Counted from the stretch's first letter, positions 18,313 through 30,065 are shown. The stretch: DNA of 64,000 nt from Patescibacteria group bacterium (GCA_034520665.1 JAXHNJ010000002.1:480660-544659); one strand, 5' to 3'. The notes: generated by a model from the sequence alone, not told the origin. Numbers and translations: made by a program.

Positions 18313-18528
18313 TTAGGTTATTAATATTTTATTAATTTTTTCTTTGAGGAGCTTCTCTATTCTCTGGCCAAAATTATTAAAAAGAATTAAACAGCCAGCC
18401 AAAATTTCCTTATCGGAATACCCCCTTTTTCTTAGTATTTGCTCACATTCAACCATAGGAATATCAGGTCGGTTTTCAGCCAGGCAACGAAGTTGATGGT
18501 AAACTTCTTCAGCACGGTTAATATTCAT
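18313..18528 (-). CDS. hypothetical protein (71 aa)
   Basis: GGAGGT RBS 7 nt upstream. Own TTGACA-17-TAATAT promoter. Confidence 0.5.
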   Translation of the reverse strand: MNINRAEEVYHQLRCLAENRPDIPMVECEQILRKRGYSDKEILAGCLILFNNFGQRIEKLLKEKINKILIT

Positions 18529-18563
18529 TAATTACCTCCATTTTAAAAAAAGAACAACAAGGT

Positions 18564-18614
18564 ATATTAGTTTTTTAAATATTATTTGTCAAGTTTGTTA
18601 TTTCCTGATAAGAT
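18564..18614. promoter_or_regulatory. divergent promoter pair sharing a palindromic -35 (TTGTCAAG)
   Basis: Plus: TTGTCA 18586-18591, 17 bp, TAAGAT 18609-18614. Minus: TTGACA (RC of 18587-18592), 17 bp, TAATAT (RC of 18564-18569). Confidence 0.5.
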
Positions 18615-18653
18615 TACACACTTTGTACATTACATAAAAAAGAGGTGAAAATC

Positions 18654-18851
18654 ATGAAATCTAAATTCAAAGAAAGGGTTAGTATTTGGAAAATTCTAAT
18701 CTGGGCTCGTTGGTTAGTTTTTAAAGAGACAGTTAAATACTGGTTTCGCTGGCTTAAAAGGAGGTTGTCTAGAAAGATTTGGACTTGGCAGTTAAAAGGT
18801 AAATTCAAAAAATCGGATAAAGATGACTACACTCATTATATTATTCGGTAG
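18654..18851 (+). CDS. small Trp-rich cationic protein (65 aa, 8 Trp), first gene of pyrF-pyrE transcription unit
   Basis: AAGAGGTG SD 9 nt upstream of ATG 18654. Sequence MKSKFKERVSIWKILIWARWLVFKETVKYWFRWLKRRLSRKIWTWQLKG. Confidence 0.45.
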   Translation: MKSKFKERVSIWKILIWARWLVFKETVKYWFRWLKRRLSRKIWTWQLKGKFKKSDKDDYTHYIIR

Positions 18852-18860
18852 AAAGGAAAA

Positions 18861-19565
18861 ATGAAAATGAATGAAGGAAGAATTATTTTGGCTTTAGATA
18901 ACAAGAACAGGGATGAAATAATGGATCTCGTTGAGAAATTAAAAAGCGTTGTCTATGGCTTTAAGTTTAACGATGCTCTGGATAAGGAGGCAAAAAAAGT
19001 AATAGGCTTTGTTCGGGAAAATGCTCCTGATTGTATTATTATGGCTGATCCTAAACTTCACGATATTCCGAATACAGTGGGTAACAGAGCGGCTAATTTT
19101 GAAGAAATGGGAGTAAACTGGCTGACAGTTCATGCTTCAGGTGGGATAAAGATGATGGAAAAAGCAGTTGAACGGGCGCCCACCGTTCGCATTTTAGGCG
19201 TTACCATTCTTACCTCGCTTTCCAATCAGGACTGTAATTTAACTTATGGTCTGCCAGCCATGGAAAAAGTTATTCAGTTTGCTCGCTGGTCTAAATCAGC
19301 CGGCTGTAGTGGAATAGTCTGTTCGGCAAAAGAATTGCTTTTTCTCGGAAAATATGATGATGAGTTTGATGACTTGATGAAAGTAGTTCCTGGTATCCGG
19401 CCAAAAGGGTATGGCCAGTCAGATGATCAAAAAAGAAAAATGACGCCTGGTGAAGCTATTAAAACCGGAGCTGACTATCTAGTTATTGGCCGGCCAATAA
19501 CTACCGCCGATGATCCGGTTGAAGCGGCTGAAAGAATTAACCGAGAAATTAAAGAAGCCCTGTAA
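18861..19565 (+). CDS. pyrF: orotidine 5-prime-phosphate decarboxylase
   Basis: ILALD motif, DPKLHDIPNT motif, IGRPI C-terminal motif. Confidence 0.85.
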   Translation: MKMNEGRIILALDNKNRDEIMDLVEKLKSVVYGFKFNDALDKEAKKVIGFVRENAPDCIIMADPKLHDIPNTVGNRAANFEEMGVNWLTVHASGGIKMMEKAVERAPTVRILGVTILTSLSNQDCNLTYGLPAMEKVIQFARWSKSAGCSGIVCSAKELLFLGKYDDEFDDLMKVVPGIRPKGYGQSDDQKRKMTPGEAIKTGADYLVIGRPITTADDPVEAAERINREIKEAL

Positions 19566-19598
19566 GTTATGCTGAAAGCTAAAAAGAGGTGAAAAGAT

Positions 19599-20342
19599 AT
19601 GTCAGATTTATCTTCAAAAGAAGTCTTGAAAATTTTTCAGGAATGCCAAGCACTGATAAATAATACTCATGTAGTATTAACCCGTAAACCCCATCCAGAA
19701 AAACCTGATAAATTAGCCTGGTTTCATTCTTCAGAGTATGTCAATAAAGACGCTTTATTTACCAATCCCCATGCTTTGATGAAATTATGCAAAGCCATTG
19801 CTGATTATTGGTGGGGGGAAGATGTAGAAGTTATAGCTTCTCCGGCCATAGGCGCTGTTTCTTTGGCTCTTCTTACAGCTTATTGGTATCGGCCTAATGA
19901 AACTATAGCGAAAGTAGGGCCGGTAATTCCAGTTTATGCGGAAAAAGAAGGGGATGTCTTTGTTTTCAAACGTGGCTTTGATAAATTTATTCCGGATAAA
20001 AGAGTGTTAGTGGTTGAAGATATTGCTTCTTCTGGTGGTTCAGCCAAGAGAGTAGTGGAAGCGGTTAGAAAACTAGGAGGAGAAGTTTTAGGTGTTAGTC
20101 TGCTTTGGAACCGCGGTAATATTACCGCTGAAGATCTTGGAGTGCCTCAACTTCATTCTCTTATTCAATCCAAAATACATATGTATTTAGCGGAGAAAGA
20201 TAATCAGTGCTCTCTTTGTCAGAAAAGAATTCCTATTAATAAGGAGGTCGGCAAGTGGCGGGAATTCTTAGAAGAGAAAGCCGAGGGGAATACCGATTTT
20301 GCTACTTGGTGTATCTCCCAACTGGATCAAGCTCTTTTTTGA
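19599..20342 (+). CDS. pyrE: phosphoribosyltransferase, probably orotate phosphoribosyltransferase
   Basis: PRPP-binding motif VLVVEDIASSGGS. Adjacent to pyrF. AAGAGGTGAAAAG SD. Confidence 0.65.
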   Translation: MSDLSSKEVLKIFQECQALINNTHVVLTRKPHPEKPDKLAWFHSSEYVNKDALFTNPHALMKLCKAIADYWWGEDVEVIASPAIGAVSLALLTAYWYRPNETIAKVGPVIPVYAEKEGDVFVFKRGFDKFIPDKRVLVVEDIASSGGSAKRVVEAVRKLGGEVLGVSLLWNRGNITAEDLGVPQLHSLIQSKIHMYLAEKDNQCSLCQKRIPINKEVGKWREFLEEKAEGNTDFATWCISQLDQALF

Positions 20343-20350
20343 TTCTTATA

Positions 20351-20377
20351 ACCCCTCAATCACGAGGGGTTTTTTTA
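20351..20377 (+). terminator. intrinsic terminator ACCCCTC-AATCAC-GAGGGGT plus T7
   Basis: 7-bp GC stem followed by TTTTTTT immediately after the pyrE stop. Confidence 0.8.
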
Positions 20378-20424
20378 TTGTGAAAAAAGTCAATAAATTG
20401 TAAACTAATATAAAAGAAGTCTTT

Positions 20425-21138
20425 ATGAGCCAAGATTATAATAGTTACACTTATAATGATCCCAATCCCATAAAAAGGCATTTACATCGCCAGCGTTTTG
20501 ATTATGCTTTAAAATTATTGAATTTAAATAAAAGAAAAAATATTCTGGATTATGGCTGTGGTGATGGTCATTTTTTGTATTTATCATATAAAAACTATCC
20601 TGATAATTACTATTTTGGCTATGAACCTTATCCAGGCATGTATCAGCAAGCAGAAAAAAAATTAGTTAGCACGCCAGTTAAAATTTATTCAGATTTAAAT
20701 GATTTAAAAGAAAAAAAATATGATAAAATAACTTGTTTAGAAACGGCTGAACATCTGGATAAAAAAGATTTAGACATACTTTTTAATAATATTATTTTAT
20801 TACTAAAAGAAAAGGGTCAGGTAATTATTTCAGTTCCCATAGAAACCGGTCTGCCGGCTCTTTTTAAAAATTTATATCGTTTTTTAAAAAATAAAAAATA
20901 TGAAGGGTTAAATTTTATAAATTTTATTAAATCAATATTGGGTTTGATTATTAAAAGAAAAAAAATCGAAATATCGCCGGGAATTGAATATTATTTTTCC
21001 CATATTGGCTTTAATCATCGAAAATTCGAGAATTTATTAAAAAAATATTTTAAAATAACTAAGAAAAAATATTTACCCTGTAATTTTTTTAAAGGATTAT
21101 TAAATAATACCGTCTATTTTCTTGTTCAGAAAAAATAA
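20425..21138 (+). CDS. class I SAM-dependent methyltransferase
   Basis: Motif I LDYGCGDGHF. Confidence 0.75.
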   Translation: MSQDYNSYTYNDPNPIKRHLHRQRFDYALKLLNLNKRKNILDYGCGDGHFLYLSYKNYPDNYYFGYEPYPGMYQQAEKKLVSTPVKIYSDLNDLKEKKYDKITCLETAEHLDKKDLDILFNNIILLLKEKGQVIISVPIETGLPALFKNLYRFLKNKKYEGLNFINFIKSILGLIIKRKKIEISPGIEYYFSHIGFNHRKFENLLKKYFKITKKKYLPCNFFKGLLNNTVYFLVQKK

Positions 21139-21211
21139 TTTAATTTATTATTTACATCAGGTCTAAAAATATGTATAATAAAGGTGGATTTAAGCCATTT
21201 TTTTATATTAA

Positions 21212-21781
21212 ATGAATAAAAAAGGATTTACTTTAATAGAACTTTTAGTAGTTATTGCCATTATTGGTGTTCTTTCTTCAATTGGACTGGTAGCTTTAAA
21301 CGGAGCTCGGGAAAAGGCTCGGGATGCTAAAAGAAAGAATGATTTAACCCAATACAGAAATGCTTTAATGATGTATATAAATAATGAAACTATGAAGTAC
21401 CCTCCTTTGCCTTCAGGTACTGATGACAGTACTAATGTTTGTATTAATGATAAAGGGAATAAATTTAATTTTGATGGCAGTAACTTTGATTCTGACACAA
21501 ATGATAGTATTTTTGTAGAAAACGGTGAAATAATTTCTGAATATTTAGCTATTCCTCTTTTGCCACCAGAGTCAAGTGATAATAGTACGGGAGCCGCTTA
21601 TTACTGTTATGACACTAATGGTGATTCTGATAGTGAAGATTGTAATAATTTTATATTATATACTCAACTGGAAAGCGGCGAGGGTCAATGGTATTGGATA
21701 GACGGAGAAGCTAATGTCGGCACTTCAAGTGCCCCACATACTTTATCTAATTGCACTCATGGGTCAGACTGCGAGTGGTAA
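21212..21781 (+). CDS. type IV pilin / pseudopilin-like protein with prepilin N-terminal methylation motif
   Basis: [21 protein letters not shown] class III signal peptide, Cys-rich C-terminus. Confidence 0.8.
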   Translation: MNKKGFTLIELLVVIAIIGVLSSIGLVALNGAREKARDAKRKNDLTQYRNALMMYINNETMKYPPLPSGTDDSTNVCINDKGNKFNFDGSNFDSDTNDSIFVENGEIISEYLAIPLLPPESSDNSTGAAYYCYDTNGDSDSEDCNNFILYTQLESGEGQWYWIDGEANVGTSSAPHTLSNCTHGSDCEW

Positions 21782-21795
21782 GATTTTAAGTTAAT

Positions 21796-24441
21796 ATGTA
21801 TTTAAAAAAAATAGAAATTCAGGGCTTTAAGTCATTTGCCCGCAAATCAACCTTAGAATTCAACCCTGGTATTACCTGTGTGGTTGGACCCAATGGTTCT
21901 GGCAAATCAAACGTGGCTGACGCGGTGCGCTGGGTGATGGGTGAGCAGAGTATGAAAGCTTTGCGCAGTAAAAAGTCAGAAGATATTATTTTTGCCGGTT
22001 CAGATAAGAAAACTCAGCTAGGCAGTGCTGAAGTTTCTTTGTATATCGATAATCAGGACGGAGCCATGCCCATTGATTATTCCGAAGTAGTTATTACTCG
22101 TCGGGTTTATCGCAATGGCGAGGGGGTATATTTTATTAATAAAAATTCAGTCCGCCTGCAGGATATACAAATGCTCTTGGCCCGTTCAAATTTTGGCCAG
22201 CGCACTTATTCAGTGATTGCCCAGGGCATGATTGACTCTTTTATTATGGCTTCGCCTAAAGAACGCAAGGAACTTTTTGATGAAGCCGCCGGGGTCAGGC
22301 AATACCAAATGAAAAGGGACCAGTCTGTTTTAAAACTGGAGAGAACCAAGGAAAATTTAGGGCAAGTTGAAGTTCTTTTGCAGGAAATTGCTCCTCGTTT
22401 GCGCTCACTTACTCGCCAGGTTAAGCGCTGGGAAAGACGGGAAGAAGTGGAAAAAAAATTGAGAGAAAAGCAAACTCACTATTATTCTTACATTTATCAG
22501 GATATTTATCAAAAACATCAAGATTCATTTCAGGAGTTTAAGAAATTCGAAGAAAAAAGAAATATGATTCAAAAAGAAATTGATAATCTTCAAAAAAACC
22601 TGGAAGATATGGAAAAAGAAAGTTCTCGTGGCGAAATATTTAGTCAGTTACAAAAGAAACATCAGGAATTTTTAGACATAAAAAACAGTCTTTTGCAGGA
22701 GAAGGTAGTATTAGAGGGTCGAATGCAAGCAGACCAGGTAGCTAATGGCCAGAGTGATTTAACTTATATTAATAACAAAAAAAAGAGCTTAGAACACAAA
22801 CTTCAAGAAATTAATAAAAGCACAGAAAATTTAAAAAATGAAATAAATAATAAAGAAAAAGAATTATCAGACAAAACTGAAAAACAAAAAGATATATTAG
22901 ATGAATACGAAAAAATTGAAAACCAGCTGGAAATAACCCGGCAAAAATTAGAAACAAAAGAACCTTTAGAATTCGAGGAAATAAAAAAAGAAGTAGGCCA
23001 GCTTTATACCCTTCAAGATGAGTTTATCGAAAAAATATCACAGGTAAAAGAAGTGAATGAAATAAAACTTATAAAAAAAGAAGCTAATAAGATTAAAGAT
23101 AGGTTAGCTGTTTTCTTAGATAAGGTAAAATCTTCAGCTTCAACTTCACCCAAAGAAATTTTTTCTCTGCAGAAAAATTTAAAAGAAATTATTGAAAAAC
23201 GAGACTACTCAGTTAACACCATAAATGAAGTAAAAACGGATCTTAGCTTAAAAACAGAAAGACTTGAGTATTTTTTGGAAAATAAAAATAATATTGAACA
23301 AGAATTAGAACAGATAAAACGGCAAATAGAAAGAGCGTCTACTGGTTCAAAACAGGAAGTTGAAAGTAAGCTAAAAAAACAAAAAGAGGAACTAGAAAAC
23401 AAGATAGAAAAGACAGAAAAGGAATTAGAAGAAACACAAAATAGAATAGAAAGCTTTAATGAAGAAGAACAAGTCAAAAAAGAGAGTCTTTTTTCTATTC
23501 AAAAACAATTTCGTCAGACCCAAGATAAACTTAATCTGATTAATAATAAAATTAATAATATAAAAGTTAAACTGGCTAAACTGGAAACAAAAAAAGAAGA
23601 TTTAGAGCATGAGGTTAAAGAGGAAATGCCAGAAAAATTTTGGTCAGAAATATTTAAAGAAAAAGAAGAGAGGCCTGAGCCTTTAAATAAAGAAGAGGTT
23701 TCAAATGAAATACTAAAATTAAAACACAAGATTGACTTAATCGGTGGTATTGATGAAAATACTAGAAAAGAGTATGAAGAAACCAAAGAAAGGCATGATT
23801 TTCTTTCGGAACAATCAGAGGACTTAAATAAAAGTATTAGAGATTTGGAAAAAGTTATTGAGAATCTAGATAAAACAATTGAGACTAAATTTAATAAATC
23901 ATTTAAGAAAATAGACAAGCAATTTTCTAAATATTTTAAAATGTTATTTAATGGTGGCCAGGCCAGACTAAAATTAGTTCGCGAAGAAGAAAAAACAGAA
24001 AAAAATGACGAGGAGAATGAAGAAGAAAAAGAAGAGGCAGAAGAAAATAAAACTACTAAAAAATTTATTGCCGGTGTTGAAATAAAAGCTACTCCGCCCG
24101 GGAAAAAATTAAAAAATATAAATATGCTTTCCGGAGGGGAAAGAGCTCTTTCCTCTATAGCTTTGGTCTGTGCTATTTTAGCTAATAATCCCTCTCCTTT
24201 TGTAGTTTTAGACGAAGTAGACGCTGCTTTAGATGAAGCTAATTCCCTAAAATTTTCCAGTATATTAGAAGAATTAAGTCAAAAAAGTCAGTTTATTGTT
24301 ATAACCCATAACCGCACTACTATGGAAAAAGCACAAATCTTATATGGAGTAACTATGGGTGAGGATAGTATTTCTAAAGTTATTTCAGTTAAAATGGATG
24401 AAGCAGAAGAAGTAATAAAACAACACGGCAATCGTCAGTAG
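21796..24441 (+). CDS. smc: SMC-family chromosome segregation ATPase (short, 881 aa)
   Basis: N-terminal Walker A GPNGSGKSN, long coiled coil, C-terminal LSGGE signature and VLDEVDAALD Walker B/D-loop. Confidence 0.8.
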   Translation: MYLKKIEIQGFKSFARKSTLEFNPGITCVVGPNGSGKSNVADAVRWVMGEQSMKALRSKKSEDIIFAGSDKKTQLGSAEVSLYIDNQDGAMPIDYSEVVITRRVYRNGEGVYFINKNSVRLQDIQMLLARSNFGQRTYSVIAQGMIDSFIMASPKERKELFDEAAGVRQYQMKRDQSVLKLERTKENLGQVEVLLQEIAPRLRSLTRQVKRWERREEVEKKLREKQTHYYSYIYQDIYQKHQDSFQEFKKFEEKRNMIQKEIDNLQKNLEDMEKESSRGEIFSQLQKKHQEFLDIKNSLLQEKVVLEGRMQADQVANGQSDLTYINNKKKSLEHKLQEINKSTENLKNEINNKEKELSDKTEKQKDILDEYEKIENQLEITRQKLETKEPLEFEEIKKEVGQLYTLQDEFIEKISQVKEVNEIKLIKKEANKIKDRLAVFLDKVKSSASTSPKEIFSLQKNLKEIIEKRDYSVNTINEVKTDLSLKTERLEYFLENKNNIEQELEQIKRQIERASTGSKQEVESKLKKQKEELENKIEKTEKELEETQNRIESFNEEEQVKKESLFSIQKQFRQTQDKLNLINNKINNIKVKLAKLETKKEDLEHEVKEEMPEKFWSEIFKEKEERPEPLNKEEVSNEILKLKHKIDLIGGIDENTRKEYEETKERHDFLSEQSEDLNKSIRDLEKVIENLDKTIETKFNKSFKKIDKQFSKYFKMLFNGGQARLKLVREEEKTEKNDEENEEEKEEAEENKTTKKFIAGVEIKATPPGKKLKNINMLSGGERALSSIALVCAILANNPSPFVVLDEVDAALDEANSLKFSSILEELSQKSQFIVITHNRTTMEKAQILYGVTMGEDSISKVISVKMDEAEEVIKQHGNRQ

Positions 24442-24501
24442 ACTTGACAAGATTAAATATTTCAGTTAATATCTATTTAAATAATTAATTAATTTTATAG
24501 A

Positions 24502-25005
24502 ATGTTAGTTATTCGTTTATCACGTCGAGGCAAGAAAAAACAGCCGATTTTTCGGTTTATTATTTCAGAAAAAACTAAAGATACTCAAGCCGATTATCTG
24601 GAAGCTTTAGGTTTTTATAATCCTCATTCTAAAGAAATAAAGCTTAAGGAAGAAAGAATCAAATATTGGATAGATAAAGGAGCCACTCTTTCAGACAGTG
24701 TCAATAATCTTTTGATTAAAGAAGGAGTTATTAAAGGAAAAAAAAGAGTCAAGGGAACTCGAAAGAAAAAAGAAATAAAATCTGAATCTGATTCTGCTAA
24801 AGCAACACCTGATAAAGATGATAAAGCGAAATCCTCTAGTCCTGATAATAAAGAAAAAACTGAGCAAGAAGATAAAGAAAAAGAAAAATCAAAGGAAGCA
24901 AAAGAGGAAGAAAAAAAGAAAGAAAAAAAACCAGAAGAAAAAGAAGGCAACAAAGAAAAGAATAAAGAAGATAAATCAGGCCAAGAAGAAAAAAAAGATA
25001 GATAA
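24502..25005 (+). CDS. rpsP: 30S ribosomal protein S16 with 85-aa Lys/Glu-rich C-terminal tail
   Basis: MLVIRLSRRGKKKQPIFRFIISEKTKDTQADYLEALGFYNP. Confidence 0.9.
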   Translation: MLVIRLSRRGKKKQPIFRFIISEKTKDTQADYLEALGFYNPHSKEIKLKEERIKYWIDKGATLSDSVNNLLIKEGVIKGKKRVKGTRKKKEIKSESDSAKATPDKDDKAKSSSPDNKEKTEQEDKEKEKSKEAKEEEKKKEKKPEEKEGNKEKNKEDKSGQEEKKDR

Positions 25006-25139
25006 AATTTTCAGGCTTGACAGAAAAAATAGTATTATTTACATTAAAGATATAGTTTAACAGGTCCAGGACTGGATTTATTCAAAAATGAAGAAAGGTC
25101 GACAGTACTGGCATAACCAAAAAGGAATGAAAAAGAATC

Positions 25140-25454
25140 ATGGCACAAGAAAAAGATCAAGAATTTGTTGAATACGTCGTCAAGGCTCTCGTTGATAACC
25201 CTAAAGATGTTAAAACCGAGAGAACTGTCGACGAAATGGGTGTTTTAATCACCCTGCACGTTAATCAGGAAGATTTAGGTCAGGTTATTGGTCGTCAGGG
25301 CCAAACTGCCAAATCTATCCGAACACTTTTGCGTGTAGTGGGAGCTAAAAATCAAGCTCGGGTCAATCTAAAAATTCATGAACCCGAAGGCAATCGTAAA
25401 AGCTCTCGCCGATCTTCAGCTGACACTTCAGCTGTTGATGACTTAAAACTGTAA
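25140..25454 (+). CDS. KH-domain RNA-binding protein (YlqC/UPF0109 family)
   Basis: GxxG KH motif VIGRQGQTAKSIRTL. Conserved position between rpsP and trmD. Confidence 0.8.
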   Translation: MAQEKDQEFVEYVVKALVDNPKDVKTERTVDEMGVLITLHVNQEDLGQVIGRQGQTAKSIRTLLRVVGAKNQARVNLKIHEPEGNRKSSRRSSADTSAVDDLKL

Positions 25455-25472
25455 AGTTACAAATAAAAAGAC

Positions 25473-25518
25473 AAAAACCGTGATTCATGTTAAAATATGA
25501 TTGCGGTTTTTGTTTTTT
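25473..25518 (+). terminator. terminator-like hairpin plus T-run after KH gene
   Basis: CAAAAACCG...CGGTTTTTG stem followed by TTTTTT. Confidence 0.5.
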
Positions 25519-25548
25519 ATACTTATTTTTTTTCTGTATTAAATAAAT

Positions 25549-26196
25549 ATGCGTTTTGATATTCTAACAATTTTTCCGGGTCTTTTTAAATCATTTTTAA
25601 AAGAAAGTCTTATAGCTAAGGCTATTAAAAATGATAAAATATCTCTGAATATACATAATATCAGAGATTTTTCTCGGGATAAACATAATACTGTAGATGA
25701 TAAGCCTTACGGTGGAGGCCCGGGTATGGTTTTAATGGTTGAGCCGATTTATAAATGTTTAAAATCTATTAAAAGATTAAAAGAGAGTAAGACAATAATA
25801 CTAACTCCTAAAGGCAGAAATTATAAGCAAAAAACAGCTTTTAAATACAGTCAATTAGACCAATTAATACTAATTTGTGGCCGTTATGAAGGCTTTGATG
25901 AGAGAATAAAAGAATTTGTTGATGGAGAACTTTCTATTGGAAATTATATAACCATGGGTGGAGAAATTCCTTCCATGGTTATTGTTGAATCAGTAGCCAG
26001 ATTAATTCCCGGTGTTTTGGGGGATAAAGAGTCAGTAATTGAAGAAAGTTTTGCCCAGAAAAAAGATTACTTAGAATATCCCCAATACACTCGACCGGCT
26101 GAATACAAAGGCTTAAAAGTACCGAAAATTCTACTTAGTGGGGATCATAAAAAAATTAGAATATGGCGCCAGAATAACTCAAGAACAAAAAAATGA
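25549..26196 (+). CDS. trmD: tRNA (guanine37-N1)-methyltransferase
   Basis: MRFDILTIFPGLF N-terminus. SPOUT knot motifs. Confidence 0.9.
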   Translation: MRFDILTIFPGLFKSFLKESLIAKAIKNDKISLNIHNIRDFSRDKHNTVDDKPYGGGPGMVLMVEPIYKCLKSIKRLKESKTIILTPKGRNYKQKTAFKYSQLDQLILICGRYEGFDERIKEFVDGELSIGNYITMGGEIPSMVIVESVARLIPGVLGDKESVIEESFAQKKDYLEYPQYTRPAEYKGLKVPKILLSGDHKKIRIWRQNNSRTKK

Positions 26197-27455
26197 AAAT
26201 ACCAACTAGTTTTTCTAATATATTAAAAAACAGAAATTTTTTGAAACTTTGGGTTTCTCAAATTTTTTCTATGTCAGCTACTAATATGCTGACTTTTTTG
26301 TTAGCTATAAGAATATACCAATTAACCGGCAATAATTTTATAGTTAGTGTCTATGTAGCTTTAATGAGTATTCCGCCGGTTTTATTCTCTATTATTGCTG
26401 GTGCTTTTGCTGATAATAACAATAGAAAAAAAATACTAACTACTTCGAATATTTTAAGGATGAGTATTTTAGTAATTTTTCTTTTTGTTAATGAAAATCC
26501 ATATATTCTTATGGTTTTAGCTTTTTTTGTCAGTACTATATCGCAATTCTTTGGACCAGCCCAAAGCGCTAGCATTCCTAATCTGGTTAGCCGCAAACAG
26601 CTTTTTCTGGCTAATTCCATGTTTATGTTTACCACCTATACAGCCTTTTTAATCGGATATTCCCTGGCTGGCCCCCTACTTTTTTATTTAAATGATCGGC
26701 CTGTATTTATAATTTTATTAATAATGTATTCGATAGCTATGATCGCTAATATTTTTCTGCCAAATTTAAAACATCACTTAAAAATAGGAGAAAAAACTAT
26801 TGAATACAGTAATGCTCTTAAAAAATTATTTCATGACATATTAGTGGGTTGGAAAGCTATTAAAAATAATAAACCAGTACTTTATTCTATTCTACAAATG
26901 ACTATTGTTCTAGCGGCTGAAAGAGGAGTGATCGCTTTATTGCCAGCTTTAGCTGATCGATTTTTTAAATATAGCACTGATGAAATGAGCTATTACTTAT
27001 TAATCCCGGTTGGTTTAGGGGCCTTTATTGGGGCTATTTTGATTAATAAAGTAAAAAAATATCTTCCCAAACGTAAAATAATTTACTGGTCATTAATTGT
27101 TGATGGTTTTGTTTTACTAGCCATTCCTTTTTATTATGTAGTTTTGCCTTGGGGAAAAGTTTGGCTAAAAATGGCTACCTCTTTAATGGCATTTGCTTCA
27201 GGTATGGCCGATGTTTTTATTGTCATAACTGCTCAAACATTAATTCATGAAACTTCAGCTGATGAAAACCGTGGGCGTATTTTTGGCAACTTAATGGCCT
27301 TTGTTAATATTGTCAGTTTACCTTTGATTCTAATTGTCGGATATTTAGCTAATATTTTTGTACCGACTGAAATTATCGGTGTTATGGGGGTGGTAGTCAC
27401 TGTTTTTGGCCTTATCAGCCGCTTTTTTTATAAAAGAAGCCTAGTAAAAGTCTAA
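26193..27455 (+). CDS. MFS transporter
   Basis: Twelve TM segments. 4-bp overlap with trmD. Confidence 0.7.
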   Translation: MKIPTSFSNILKNRNFLKLWVSQIFSMSATNMLTFLLAIRIYQLTGNNFIVSVYVALMSIPPVLFSIIAGAFADNNNRKKILTTSNILRMSILVIFLFVNENPYILMVLAFFVSTISQFFGPAQSASIPNLVSRKQLFLANSMFMFTTYTAFLIGYSLAGPLLFYLNDRPVFIILLIMYSIAMIANIFLPNLKHHLKIGEKTIEYSNALKKLFHDILVGWKAIKNNKPVLYSILQMTIVLAAERGVIALLPALADRFFKYSTDEMSYYLLIPVGLGAFIGAILINKVKKYLPKRKIIYWSLIVDGFVLLAIPFYYVVLPWGKVWLKMATSLMAFASGMADVFIVITAQTLIHETSADENRGRIFGNLMAFVNIVSLPLILIVGYLANIFVPTEIIGVMGVVVTVFGLISRFFYKRSLVKV

Positions 27456-27471
27456 GGTCTATAAAAAGCAC

Positions 27472-27500
27472 TTGACAAGATATCCTGACTAGTTTATTAT
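27472..27500 (+). promoter_or_regulatory. candidate rRNA promoter TTGACA-17-TATTAT
   Basis: Consensus -35 at 27472-27477, exact 17-bp spacer, TATTAT at 27495-27500, about 380 bp upstream of 16S. Confidence 0.5.
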
Positions 27501-27882
27501 ATATACACTAGTTTAAATAGGTCGAAATTAGACTAAAATTAAATAAAAAGGAACAAAAAATTCATCAAATTTAACCAAGTACATTTAAACAAATAGGAGA
27601 AAAAACAGTGATCTCTAAGTTGTATTTGGAGCTCTCTGTTTTTTCTTCAAATTTTAAAAGGAAAAAAAGAACTTTGACAACTAAAATGTGACAGAAAAAT
27701 GGGTTTTTTGAAATTCCTTTTTAGGAAAAGTAAGTGGTGGAAATTAAGAGGATAAGATTAGGATCAAATATAATCTTAAATATAGATTTTTTTTGATGCA
27801 TCTTGTTTTAGCCTTTCAATTTCCACCACTTGCCAACAAAAAAATATTTTTTTCGAGGATTTATTTTAAAATCCTCAATCCA

Positions 27883-29459
<1,577 letters not shown>

Positions 29460-29552
29460 TAGGGAGTAAAATTATTGGGCTTAAAAACCCAAAATTAAGT
29501 CGGACCCATTATATTCTGTCACTTTTTAGTTGTTAAAGGTATAAAATCACGG

Positions 29553-29579
29553 CCGGACTTGAAAAATCCGGTCTTTTTT
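29553..29579 (+). terminator. hairpin CCGGA-cttgaaaaa-TCCGG plus T6 downstream of 16S
   Basis: Stem-loop followed by TCTTTTTT. Confidence 0.5.
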
Positions 29580-29679
29580 GGTAAATTATATTATATTATT
29601 AGCTAAAAATAGACGGCTATTTCCGATGTTTTGACAAAGTCAAATATCGTAACTCAACACTTATTAACAATCAAAAATT

Positions 29680-29881
29680 TTTTAAAAGTAAATAATAATA
29701 TAATAAAATTTTGGGCGGCTAGTCCCGTTCCGTCGCTTGGCGACAGAACGCGGATCCTCGACCCATAGGGTCGGGACTCAGCTCTTGTAAAACCAAATAT
29801 CTTTTTAAAAGTAAATAATAATATAATAAAATTTTGGGCGGCTAGCTAAGCTGGTTAGAGCGTCTCACTGACCCGCCTGCC
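29680..29881 (+). repeat. two direct units: 43-bp tRNA-Ile leader plus tRNA-Ile 5-prime fragment
   Basis: TTTAAAAGTAAATAATAATATAATAAAATTTTGGGCGGCTAG at 29680-29722 and 29803-29845. Unit 1 carries a 54-nt insertion after position 10. Unit 2 carries tRNA positions 1-36 and then CCCGCCTGCC. Confidence 0.85.
29723..29776 (+). mobile_element. 54-nt mini-element with terminal inverted repeats TCCCG/CGGGA and core GGATCCTCGAC, inserted at position 10/11 of a tRNA-Ile pseudo-copy
   Basis: Second copy at 1012-1064 in opposite orientation relative to its host tRNA-Ala pseudo-copy. Same insertion point TAG^CTCAG. Confidence 0.55.
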
Positions 29882-29950
29882 AAAGTACGAAACCTTATAA
29901 ATTCTTGTTCTTATTTATATAATTACATAGCATTATTTTCCTTTGATGGT

Positions 29951-30027
29951 GGGCGGCTAGCTCAGCTGGTTAGAGCGTCTCACTGATAATGAGGAGGTCG
30001 AAGGTTCGAGTCCTTCGCCGCCCACCA
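29951..30027 (+). tRNA. tRNA-Ile (anticodon GAT)
   Basis: GGGCGGC acceptor stem, anticodon loop CTGATAA, T-loop TTCGAGT, CCA encoded. Confidence 0.92.
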
Positions 30028-30065
30028 TCAGTTGATAATTAAAAAATACTTAGTACGGCGGGTAG

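Noticed and set aside
18614-18808. Minus-strand 64-aa ORF antisense to the Trp-rich small gene
   Set aside because: No RBS. It is antisense to an ORF that has a promoter and SD.
29836-30027. Group I intron in tRNA-Ile (5-prime exon ending in the anticodon loop)
   Set aside because: The sequence after the partial 5-prime half is not followed by a 3-prime exon. A complete uninterrupted tRNA follows instead. No P/Q/R/S-like intron core is seen.
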